From: a virus
Lineage: Duplodnaviria > Caudoviricetes
Reading direction: 5' to 3' (one strand)
Virus record (IMG/VR): IMGVR_UViG_3300044981_000245
Location: 1 to 63,253 of that record
Length of the DNA: 63,253 nucleotides
Shown here: positions 1-7,493 of the stretch, one piece after another
Position numbering within the stretch: position 1 is the stretch's first letter
How the letters are laid out: the number at the start of each line of letters is the position of its first letter
Notes under the pieces: model-generated
Seen by the model: the letters and a program-made list of their open reading frames with translations, nothing else
The model's database searches: none
Told to the model about the DNA's origin: nothing
Translations under genes and position numbers: made by a program

Positions 1-127
1 CGCGGGTGTCACGGGAGCTGCAGGCAACTCAGCAGTCAATCAAAACGCGGGCGGCGGCGGCGCGGCCAGCATCTCGGCAGCGGTCGGCGGCGCGGGCGGT
101 AACTCAGTATTGGGTGGCGCGGGCGGC
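1..127. repeat. Terminal overlap identical to 63127-63253 (circular contig overlap)
   Basis: Sequence starting cgcgggtgtcacgggagctg recurs exactly at 63127 and runs to the window end; 127 bp is a common assembler k-mer length. Confidence 0.95.
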
Positions 128-442
128 GGCGGTGGCGGCAGCCTTACGGGCGCGGCGGTATTCAAAGCCGGCGGCGCGGGCGGCGGCCAGACGGGACTTG
201 CTGGGGGCGCAGGCGGCGCAACCGACGGCGCGGCCGGAGCTGCGGGCGTCGACACTGGACTTGATGGCGGCACGGGCGGAGGCGGCGGTGCCTCGAGCGC
301 GGCGGCTGCTGGTGGCGCAGGCGGCAAGGGCGGTCCTGCGGGCGGCGGCGGTGGCGGCGGCGGAAGCTGCATTAACACGCAGGCGTCGGGCGCCGGCGGT
401 GCTGGCGGCGCAGGCCAAGTTTGGGTTCTGACCAATTACTAA
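2..442 (+). CDS. C-terminal part of Gly-rich virion/fibre protein that spans the junction (starts at 62549)
   Basis: In frame with the ATG at 62549 across the overlap; poly-Gly GGAGG repeats ending GAGQVWVLTNY; full protein about 339 aa. Confidence 0.8.
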   Translation, partial: AGVTGAAGNSAVNQNAGGGGAASISAAVGGAGGNSVLGGAGGGGGGSLTGAAVFKAGGAGGGQTGLAGGAGGATDGAAGAAGVDTGLDGGTGGGGGASSAAAAGGAGGKGGPAGGGGGGGGSCINTQASGAGGAGGAGQVWVLTNY

Positions 443-453
443 CGGAGGGCATC

Positions 454-618
454 ATGCTCGCATCATTGAAGGCTGATCTGGCTGCGCTCGAAGCGAAAGC
501 TGTCGCGGTGAAGACGTATCTCGAGACCCACTACAAGCAGCTGATCGCTGCCTTGGCCGTTGGGCATTACAGCTCGATCGTGGAAACGGTTGTGGCCTGG
601 GTGCACAAGGTCCTGTAA
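454..618 (+). CDS. Small hypothetical protein (54 aa)
   Basis: ggagg RBS upstream of ATG 454; tightly packed between neighbours. Confidence 0.6.
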   Translation: MLASLKADLAALEAKAVAVKTYLETHYKQLIAALAVGHYSSIVETVVAWVHKVL

Positions 619-840
619 GTGGCGTCGAACATTCCGACGAACCCGCCGGCGAAGCGCACGATCGACATGCGCTCTCTGGACTACGGCGCGGCAGGCCCTG
701 AGCTGCCGTACCCGGTCTATCAGTTCAGTGGGTATCGGAATCGGTGGGAGTGGCCGGGGCACAACCCGTTCGCTGGCCCACTGGGTCCGCAAGACAACCA
801 TCCGCCGTATCACGGAGGGTCCGGCGGCATAAAGCCCTAG
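619..840 (+). CDS. Small hypothetical protein
   Basis: GTG start abuts previous stop; operon context. Confidence 0.6.
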   Translation: MASNIPTNPPAKRTIDMRSLDYGAAGPELPYPVYQFSGYRNRWEWPGHNPFAGPLGPQDNHPPYHGGSGGIKP

Positions 841-852
841 CCCTCGGGAGGG

Positions 853-1479
853 GTGATGAGCGGAAATCTAGGCACGGGGTTCGCGCAGAGTGGGTTCTCC
901 AACGAGCCCAACGTCAGCCCGTTCAATCAGTGGTTCTCGAACGCGGTTCTCGTGATTCTTACCCGCCTCGGGGTATACCCCCCAGGCAGCGGAGGCGGCG
1001 GCACAGGGAGCGTGACCGCCGTCACCCTTACGGACGCGAGCGCGACGCCGATCTACCTCGAGAGCGGTGGCGGCGGTCCGACCTCAGGCACCGTGGCTCT
1101 CGTCCAGACTCTCAACACCGAGTCCAAGAATCTCGTCTTCTCCGGCCCTACGAGCGGTGCCGCGGCGCAGCCGACATTCCGAGCGCTCGTGACTGCCGAC
1201 CTGCCGGCGGGCGTCAGCACCAGCACCGGATCAGTGACAAGTGTCAGCGGCACTGACGCATCCACGAGCCAGCTCTTCGGGATCTCCGGCGTGCCGATTA
1301 CGACAAGCGGCACATTCACGATGACATTGGTCACGCAGGCCAAAAATCTAGCGTTCCTTGGACCATCATCTGGGGCAAACGCACAACCGACATTCCGAGC
1401 CATAGCGGCGGGCGACGTCCCGCATTTCATCGACTTCGCATTTGACCAGGTCTTCTATTCGATGGCCGGAGGCTTCTGA
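853..1479 (+). CDS. Tail fibre-associated protein with two internal repeats
   Basis: Duplicated KNL.F.GP.SGA.AQPTFRA module, Ser/Thr/Gly-rich, ggagg RBS. Confidence 0.65.
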   Translation: MMSGNLGTGFAQSGFSNEPNVSPFNQWFSNAVLVILTRLGVYPPGSGGGGTGSVTAVTLTDASATPIYLESGGGGPTSGTVALVQTLNTESKNLVFSGPTSGAAAQPTFRALVTADLPAGVSTSTGSVTSVSGTDASTSQLFGISGVPITTSGTFTMTLVTQAKNLAFLGPSSGANAQPTFRAIAAGDVPHFIDFAFDQVFYSMAGGF

Positions 1480-1946
1480 TGTCCGTTACCAATACTCCCA
1501 TATTTCCCCAATCACTCATCGGCACCGGGGTCTCGATCTACCATCCGACCGGCACGATGATTCTTGCCTACGGCACGAACACGCTGGGCACAGGGACCAT
1601 AACGACGATCTTCACCCCCGGCACGAACGGCGCGGTCATCACGGCCATAAGCGTCGCAAACATGGACACCGCGACGTGTACCATGGTCCTGCTGCTCACC
1701 ACTGGTACGGTCTTACAGGTTCTTGGACAGGCTGCGATCGCCGGTGGAGGCACCACCACGTCGTACGTCGTACCGGTCACAAATCTTCTGAATGGCACGC
1801 AGGGCGTGCAGAACTTGCCCTTCGATAGCTGCGGCAACAAGATATTGTATGTCGCAGCAGGCAACACGCTCGCTGTGGGCCTGCTTACCACTCTAATTAG
1901 CACCGGAGCTCCGCTCGCCTTCAACATATACGGAGGCAACTTCTAG
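1479..1946 (+). CDS. Gly/Thr-rich putative virion protein
   Basis: Beta-strand-like, Thr/Gly-rich, start overlaps upstream stop. Confidence 0.6.
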   Translation: MSVTNTPIFPQSLIGTGVSIYHPTGTMILAYGTNTLGTGTITTIFTPGTNGAVITAISVANMDTATCTMVLLLTTGTVLQVLGQAAIAGGGTTTSYVVPVTNLLNGTQGVQNLPFDSCGNKILYVAAGNTLAVGLLTTLISTGAPLAFNIYGGNF

Positions 1947-3250
1947 TGTCTGGAGTCACGGGCGAAATCGGGTTCAAGATCGGTGCGGCAGCTAATCAGC
2001 TAGTCCGTGTAGACCAGATCATGACTGCGACCGCGGGCGGCACCGCGCTGCAAGCACAGGGACCGGTGTTCGTTACTGGAGTCATGACGATCAGTACCGG
2101 GCTTGAGATCCTCAACACTGCCGGCACCACTACACAATTCATGCTGACGTTGCTCGCCGGCACGAATGTCGGCAAAGCCTCGGGACTGCAGGTGCGCGCG
2201 GGCAACGCGGCGGTCGACGTGCCCATCCAAGTTATCGACGTGGCCGGCACCGGCACGCTACTCATGGTGGGTGGCGATGGGCATGGCAACTTAGGCTGGA
2301 ACTACACTAGCAACCTTCCGATTCTGAAAGCAATTGCTGTAGGAGAAGTAGACGCCTTAGGAGCACTCACCGTAACCAGCTTAAATTCGTTGACCGCATA
2401 TAGTGCTTTCAGTCAAGGGGGCGCCAGTCTTTCTTCCGGCCCCGGAGGGATACCATTAACGGTATTCGCATCCGGCACAAATGTCAGCGGGGGCGGCAAC
2501 AAAGTACTTGTAGTCGCCGCAAACAACATCGTCGTGCTGGGCACCACGACAGCATACACATGGGGCACCGGCACACTCTATCCTACCATGCAAATTTCCG
2601 GCGTCGGCGCGATATTCGGTAGCGCGACCGAGGCCGTCTCCCTTGTTGGAGGCGGTGCCTATTGGAACGGCACCAACTACATCAACGGACAAGCCGGCAC
2701 CGCAGTCATAGCGTCCTTAGGCACTGGCAGTTTCACAATATCCATCTCCGGCACACAAGCAACTGCCGCCGGCACCGCGCACCCCACTGTCGTCTTCAGC
2801 ATCGGCGGCACGGTCACCTCGAACAAGATCCAAGGCTACGGCCCAACTGCCGCGGCTCTCGTGGACATGACGCCCGATACCGGTACGTTCACGGGCACCT
2901 GGGGTGGGTTCGTCACTGCACCCGTCAATACTGCTGCCTATTGGTCACGGCAGGGTAACCAGGTCATGCTGCTTATCCCATATGGGACGGCGAGCAAATC
3001 TGGCGCCGCCGGAGCGATTACGTTCGCACCGCTCCCCGCGGCTATCCAACCGGTGAAGACGATGTTCGTTGGCATTCCTAACGTACTCACAGGCACTGCA
3101 GTGCCTGGTGGCGGCCAAGTAACGGTGCAAGCCAGCAGCACATTGTCGTTCTTCCAAGGCGCAGGCGGCTCGCCCTTCAACGGCACGGCTGCCGCCTCGA
3201 TCGGCCTGAGCGGCGGGTTCACTGTCATACAATACCCGATAGGACCGTAA
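1946..3250 (+). CDS. Putative tail fibre/spike protein
   Basis: Gly/Thr/Ala-rich beta protein; C-terminal module homologous to that of 18345-20141. Confidence 0.7.
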   Translation: MSGVTGEIGFKIGAAANQLVRVDQIMTATAGGTALQAQGPVFVTGVMTISTGLEILNTAGTTTQFMLTLLAGTNVGKASGLQVRAGNAAVDVPIQVIDVAGTGTLLMVGGDGHGNLGWNYTSNLPILKAIAVGEVDALGALTVTSLNSLTAYSAFSQGGASLSSGPGGIPLTVFASGTNVSGGGNKVLVVAANNIVVLGTTTAYTWGTGTLYPTMQISGVGAIFGSATEAVSLVGGGAYWNGTNYINGQAGTAVIASLGTGSFTISISGTQATAAGTAHPTVVFSIGGTVTSNKIQGYGPTAAALVDMTPDTGTFTGTWGGFVTAPVNTAAYWSRQGNQVMLLIPYGTASKSGAAGAITFAPLPAAIQPVKTMFVGIPNVLTGTAVPGGGQVTVQASSTLSFFQGAGGSPFNGTAAASIGLSGGFTVIQYPIGP

Positions 3251-4047
3251 TGAGCGCAGTAGCCCAAACACCAAAGAATCTCCCCGACCCCGGAAGGCCT
3301 CCGACCCCTATGAAGACTATTGAGCGATGGGATACCTTCTTAGGCGACCTTGCGTCCGGCATGACGCTCGTGGACGCCATGAAGAAGTGCTGGATCTCCC
3401 GTGCGGATATCGAGACCATGACGCGCCTTAACGATGGCGGTTTGCAGTTGCAGCGCTGGACGGACGCTCGCTTGGCCGGAAAACGGTCTGCCTGGTCGGC
3501 GATACAGCTGGAGGACTTCTTTGCTCTGATTGCTTCCGGCAAGACCGTGCAGGACGCCCATATGGAAGTCAAAGGTTTTGCAGCCAACAAAGACATCTTC
3601 CATCTCCTTAATCGGGAACCGGAAATGAAGGCGCGGTATCTTGAGGCCAAGGAGGCACACATGCTGTCCTTAGGCGAGGGTCTGTTGGATATCGCCGATG
3701 ACGACAGCAAGGACACGCTCGATACCGGCGGCAAGTCGGGCACCATCCCCAACAACGCGGCCGTGGCGCGCAGTAAGCTCAAGACTGACACACGCCTGCG
3801 CGTCATGGGTCTCTATAATTCCAAGCTCTTCGGCGAGAAGAAGGACAACGTGCAAGTGAACGTACAAATCAATCACGCCGAGCACCTCGAGGCCGCCCGT
3901 GAGCGCGCGAAGACCCGCGGCGCTATCGAACCACCCAAGAGGCAGGTCGAGGTCATCGACGCCCAATTTTCCGAAAAAGCGGCAGTACCTGCCGACGACA
4001 CATCTTGGCTCGACACGGCTGACTCAACATGGAGAGAAGAAAAATGA
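3250..4047 (+). CDS. terS: Terminase small subunit
   Basis: LLDIADD...VARSKLKTDTRLRVMGLYNSKLFGEKK resembles the Sf6-like TerS core; lies upstream of TerL. Confidence 0.8.
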   Translation: MSAVAQTPKNLPDPGRPPTPMKTIERWDTFLGDLASGMTLVDAMKKCWISRADIETMTRLNDGGLQLQRWTDARLAGKRSAWSAIQLEDFFALIASGKTVQDAHMEVKGFAANKDIFHLLNREPEMKARYLEAKEAHMLSLGEGLLDIADDDSKDTLDTGGKSGTIPNNAAVARSKLKTDTRLRVMGLYNSKLFGEKKDNVQVNVQINHAEHLEAARERAKTRGAIEPPKRQVEVIDAQFSEKAAVPADDTSWLDTADSTWREEK

Positions 4048-4667
4048 AAAAATATCTGGCCTCGTTAGCGATCGCATTATTGTCCGCGGGCGGTCTCGTT
4101 GTGGGTGTTGCCGTGTGGATGGCTCCGACGCCTCCCCCGACCGTGAATCGCGTGCTCATCCTGAATGATGCGGACAGCGTGGTGGCGACAAACGCCAAGC
4201 TGGATAAGCTGCCCATGTACGACACGCTTGAAGAGGCCGGCGTCGCCGGTGCGCTGCGGGCGTACCAGTGTTCGCACTACTACGAGTGTGGCGCCCCAAT
4301 TGCACAGCGGCCTGACGGCAAGTTCGTCGTAGGCCCCATGCTCTCTAGTCGGGCCGGCGACCACACGGAGATGAGCCATGCGGTGCCCAAGGGCTGGAAA
4401 CTCGTCGCAGACATTCACGACCATCCGTGCCTCGCCGACACGCACTATACCGATTTCTTCTCGTCGCAGGATCTGACGGGCGGATACGAGAGCAAAATCG
4501 TGGTCTTCATGGGCGACCAATGCACCGGTAAGGTCCACGAGTTCGACTACACCAAGGACTCCCCAAACGACACCAAGGTCGAAGAAGATACTTACCTGAC
4601 GCACGGCCGCATCATCGGGTCCTTCCCCGTGGACGGCAAGAGCGCGGAGCCGAAAGTCGGACTATGA
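4044..4667 (+). CDS. Exported JAB/MPN-like (DUF4329-type) protein, paralogue 1
   Basis: N-terminal hydrophobic segment; YECG...ADIHDHP...FSSQD motif. Confidence 0.6.
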   Translation: MKKYLASLAIALLSAGGLVVGVAVWMAPTPPPTVNRVLILNDADSVVATNAKLDKLPMYDTLEEAGVAGALRAYQCSHYYECGAPIAQRPDGKFVVGPMLSSRAGDHTEMSHAVPKGWKLVADIHDHPCLADTHYTDFFSSQDLTGGYESKIVVFMGDQCTGKVHEFDYTKDSPNDTKVEEDTYLTHGRIIGSFPVDGKSAEPKVGL

Positions 4668-4900
4668 ATGTTGTAGAATTAAAAACTCATCCGATGCGCG
4701 ACCAAGAAAACATGGGCGCACTCCTTAAGGATTTGAACGACGCCTATGACCGTGGTGAAGTCCGAACTCTGCTATGGGCGTATTGCGACAAAGACGGCCA
4801 AGTCTTCTCTGGCGTTAGCGACTGCACCCGGATGGGTCAGTTCGCGTACAAGGTCGCTGTTCTGCAGGAGCGGCTCATGCGCTGGATCGCGGAGTCATGA
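4664..4900 (+). CDS. Hypothetical protein
   Basis: ATGA overlaps at both ends. Confidence 0.65.
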   Translation: MNVVELKTHPMRDQENMGALLKDLNDAYDRGEVRTLLWAYCDKDGQVFSGVSDCTRMGQFAYKVAVLQERLMRWIAES

Positions 4901-6402
4901 GCGCAGCCGCCCTTAAATCAGGCGACACGGCGCGCGCTCGCGCGTCTCGGCAGCCCGTGATGACGGACGCCGAGTTTGAGAATGCACTACTCACCGACAT
5001 GGAGCGGTTTTACGATGATCCACTCGGATTCGTCTATTATGCGTTTAACTGGGGCCACGGGGAGCTCAGTGAAAGCGACGGCCCCGATAAGTGGCAGGCC
5101 GATTTTCTCAATGACATTGCAGCCAAGCTACGAGCAGATCCTGACGCCAACGTACGCGAGGCTACCGCTTCCGGACACGGTATTGGAAAGACTACCGTTA
5201 CTGCGTGGCTATGCATCTGGGCCATGTCCACCCGAGCTCACCTCTCTGGCGTTGTCACGGCCAATACAATGTCGCAGCTTAGCACTAAGACATGGCGCGA
5301 ACTTGCACTCTGGTACAAGCGAGCAATTAACCGTCATTGGTTCAAGTGGAGTGCCACTAAGTTTTGGCACGTCAAGGAACCCGAGACCTGGTTCATCTCA
5401 GCTGAACCAAACACTGAGCACAATAGCGAAGCATTCGCCGGTCGCCACGCTAAATATAAGCTCATCATTTTTGACGAGGCTTCGGCTATTCCTGACAAGA
5501 TCTGGGAAGTGACCGAAGGCGCCATGACCGACCCGCGCTCGATTTGGGCCGTCTTTGGCAACCCGACCAAGAACACGGGGCGATTCAAGGACTGCTTCGA
5601 GCACGACAAGGCCCGCTGGGGCACACGACACATCGACAGCCGCACGGCGAAGATGACCAACAAGGCGGAACTCAATGAGTGGATCACAGCTTACGGCATC
5701 GATTCGGACTTTGTTAGAGTCCGTATCCTTGGGCTATTCCCGCGATTCGGAGCCATGCAGTTCATCTCCACTGAGTCTGTCGACAAAGCCATGCTCCTTG
5801 ATATGCCTTATGAGGCTTGGTGTCTCCTACCCGTCGTCTTTGGAGTGGACGTTGCTCGGTATGGAGACGACAAGAGCTGTATCGCAATTCGGCAAGGGCG
5901 CAAGCTTCACGAGATCCGCAAATTCCGCGAGCTAAACACCATGCAGCTGGCCGCGGAGATTGTGGCTGCCATGAAGGACTGGGGCCAAGTGGCCGCGGTA
6001 TTCGTCGACGGCGTGGGAGTGGGCGCCGGCGTGGTCGATCGCCTCCAGATGCTCGGGCACCCCGTCATCGAGGTCAACGGCGGCGAGACCGCGTTTGAAG
6101 ATACCAAATATTTTAACAAAAATTCAGAGATGTGGGCTCGGATGCGGGATTGGCTAAAAGGAGCGAAATTGCCGGATAAAGATAGCGAATTGCGTCTCGC
6201 GTTAATCGGACGCGAATATTATTTCGATGAAAAAGAAAGAGTTAGGTTGGAGCGTAAAAAAGACATGAAAAAACGGGGACTCGCCTCCCCCGACGAAGCC
6301 GACGCGCTTGCGCATACGTTTGCCGAAGAACTTGGAGATCTCATTCGGAACAGTGTTGAACCCGAGAACGAGAACTCAGTCGAGCCGGAGATGCCGTCGT
6401 GA
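4897..6402 (+). CDS. terL: Terminase large subunit
   Basis: Walker A ASGHGIGKT, Walker B IIFDEAS, GNPT motif, nuclease GVDVARYGDD and SPDEADAL. Confidence 0.97.
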   Translation: MSAAALKSGDTARARASRQPVMTDAEFENALLTDMERFYDDPLGFVYYAFNWGHGELSESDGPDKWQADFLNDIAAKLRADPDANVREATASGHGIGKTTVTAWLCIWAMSTRAHLSGVVTANTMSQLSTKTWRELALWYKRAINRHWFKWSATKFWHVKEPETWFISAEPNTEHNSEAFAGRHAKYKLIIFDEASAIPDKIWEVTEGAMTDPRSIWAVFGNPTKNTGRFKDCFEHDKARWGTRHIDSRTAKMTNKAELNEWITAYGIDSDFVRVRILGLFPRFGAMQFISTESVDKAMLLDMPYEAWCLLPVVFGVDVARYGDDKSCIAIRQGRKLHEIRKFRELNTMQLAAEIVAAMKDWGQVAAVFVDGVGVGAGVVDRLQMLGHPVIEVNGGETAFEDTKYFNKNSEMWARMRDWLKGAKLPDKDSELRLALIGREYYFDEKERVRLERKKDMKKRGLASPDEADALAHTFAEELGDLIRNSVEPENENSVEPEMPS

Positions 6403-6860
6403 ATGCAGCATACGCCGCACTGAGCTTGGAGCAAAAAGCCCTTAGGCTAGAGGCCACCAGGCAATGGCGCAAACGCAATCCACAGAAAATGCGCGCCGGC
6501 AAGAAGGATTGGTTGCGCAGAAATCCCGGCAAAAACGCCGAACACTGCCGCAACTTCCGAAAAGCACATCCAGAGAAAGCTGCCGCCAGCGTACTTCTTT
6601 GGAAGCACGCCAATCCGGAACAAGCAGCAGGAATCGCTTCTGCCGGCGTGCGCCGATATCAAGCCCGCAAAGCGTCGGCCCTTTGCGACTGTTGTGCTAC
6701 AATCAGCTTTAAATTCAGCTACCTTCAGGCTAAAGCCCTTGGCATGGAAGTAGACCACATACGACCGCTATCCAAAGGCGGCAAGCATTGTCTCCGTAAT
6801 CTGCAGCTCCTTGAGAGGCACGACAACAGAGTCAAGCATGCTAAATGGGAGGCAGCATGA
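6399..6860 (+). CDS. HNH endonuclease
   Basis: EVDHIRPLSKGGKHCLRNLQLL HNH motif; basic helical N-terminus. Confidence 0.9.
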   Translation: MNAAYAALSLEQKALRLEATRQWRKRNPQKMRAGKKDWLRRNPGKNAEHCRNFRKAHPEKAAASVLLWKHANPEQAAGIASAGVRRYQARKASALCDCCATISFKFSYLQAKALGMEVDHIRPLSKGGKHCLRNLQLLERHDNRVKHAKWEAA

Positions 6861-7081
6861 GCATGCACCAAGAAGTAGTTCCGATCATGCGGCCGTACGT
6901 GGCTGAGTTCCGGCAGGTGCACACGCAGACCATCGCCGGGTCAAGCCTTGACGCTGCTGCTGCGGTAGCACAAGCGATTGCCGATAGCACCAACTGTCTC
7001 GTCCATGCGGTCTACTCGCAGGACGAGTACGCAAAGCTTCAGATTGAACGAGCCAAAGGGAAGACGTATGGAAAAGTCTGA
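6857..7081 (+). CDS. Hypothetical protein
   Basis: ggagg RBS and ATGA coupling. Confidence 0.55.
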   Translation: MSMHQEVVPIMRPYVAEFRQVHTQTIAGSSLDAAAAVAQAIADSTNCLVHAVYSQDEYAKLQIERAKGKTYGKV

Positions 7082-7493
7082 GAACAGCATTCAAGATTTC
7101 AACGTCGTCCAACCCGGACTCAGCCACGAACAGAAGGCCGAGGCGCTCGAATTCTGGATTGCCAAGCGCATCGGCGAAGACCTCGTCAAGACGTACCCCG
7201 GTCGGCAGTGGACGGTCAACGTCGACACGCGCAACGAGAGCATAGTCATCAACTCCCCGTCGCTTTCGAAGCGGATGGGATATCGGATCAACATGCGCCG
7301 CGACTCAATCGCCGCGCTCCTACCGCGCACGCGCAAGGCGGCAGGTGAAATTCTTGAGCGCTTCGGCCAGAGCCGAGGCCCCAGTGTGGATGTATACAGC
7401 GTCGAGGATATGCCGCGGGACGTGAGAGATGACGTCATCTCCAAGGATGCGAGCGAGAAAGACGCGGTCATGAGGTTCAATCGTGCCAAGTAA
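7068..7493 (+). CDS. Hypothetical protein
   Basis: Fills gap before portal; protein-like composition. Confidence 0.65.
   Translation: MEKSENSIQDFNVVQPGLSHEQKAEALEFWIAKRIGEDLVKTYPGRQWTVNVDTRNESIVINSPSLSKRMGYRINMRRDSIAALLPRTRKAAGEILERFGQSRGPSVDVYSVEDMPRDVRDDVISKDASEKDAVMRFNRAK

Noticed and set aside
1-127. Biological direct terminal repeat
   Set aside because: It falls inside a coding region and its length equals a common assembly k-mer, so it is best read as a circularisation overlap
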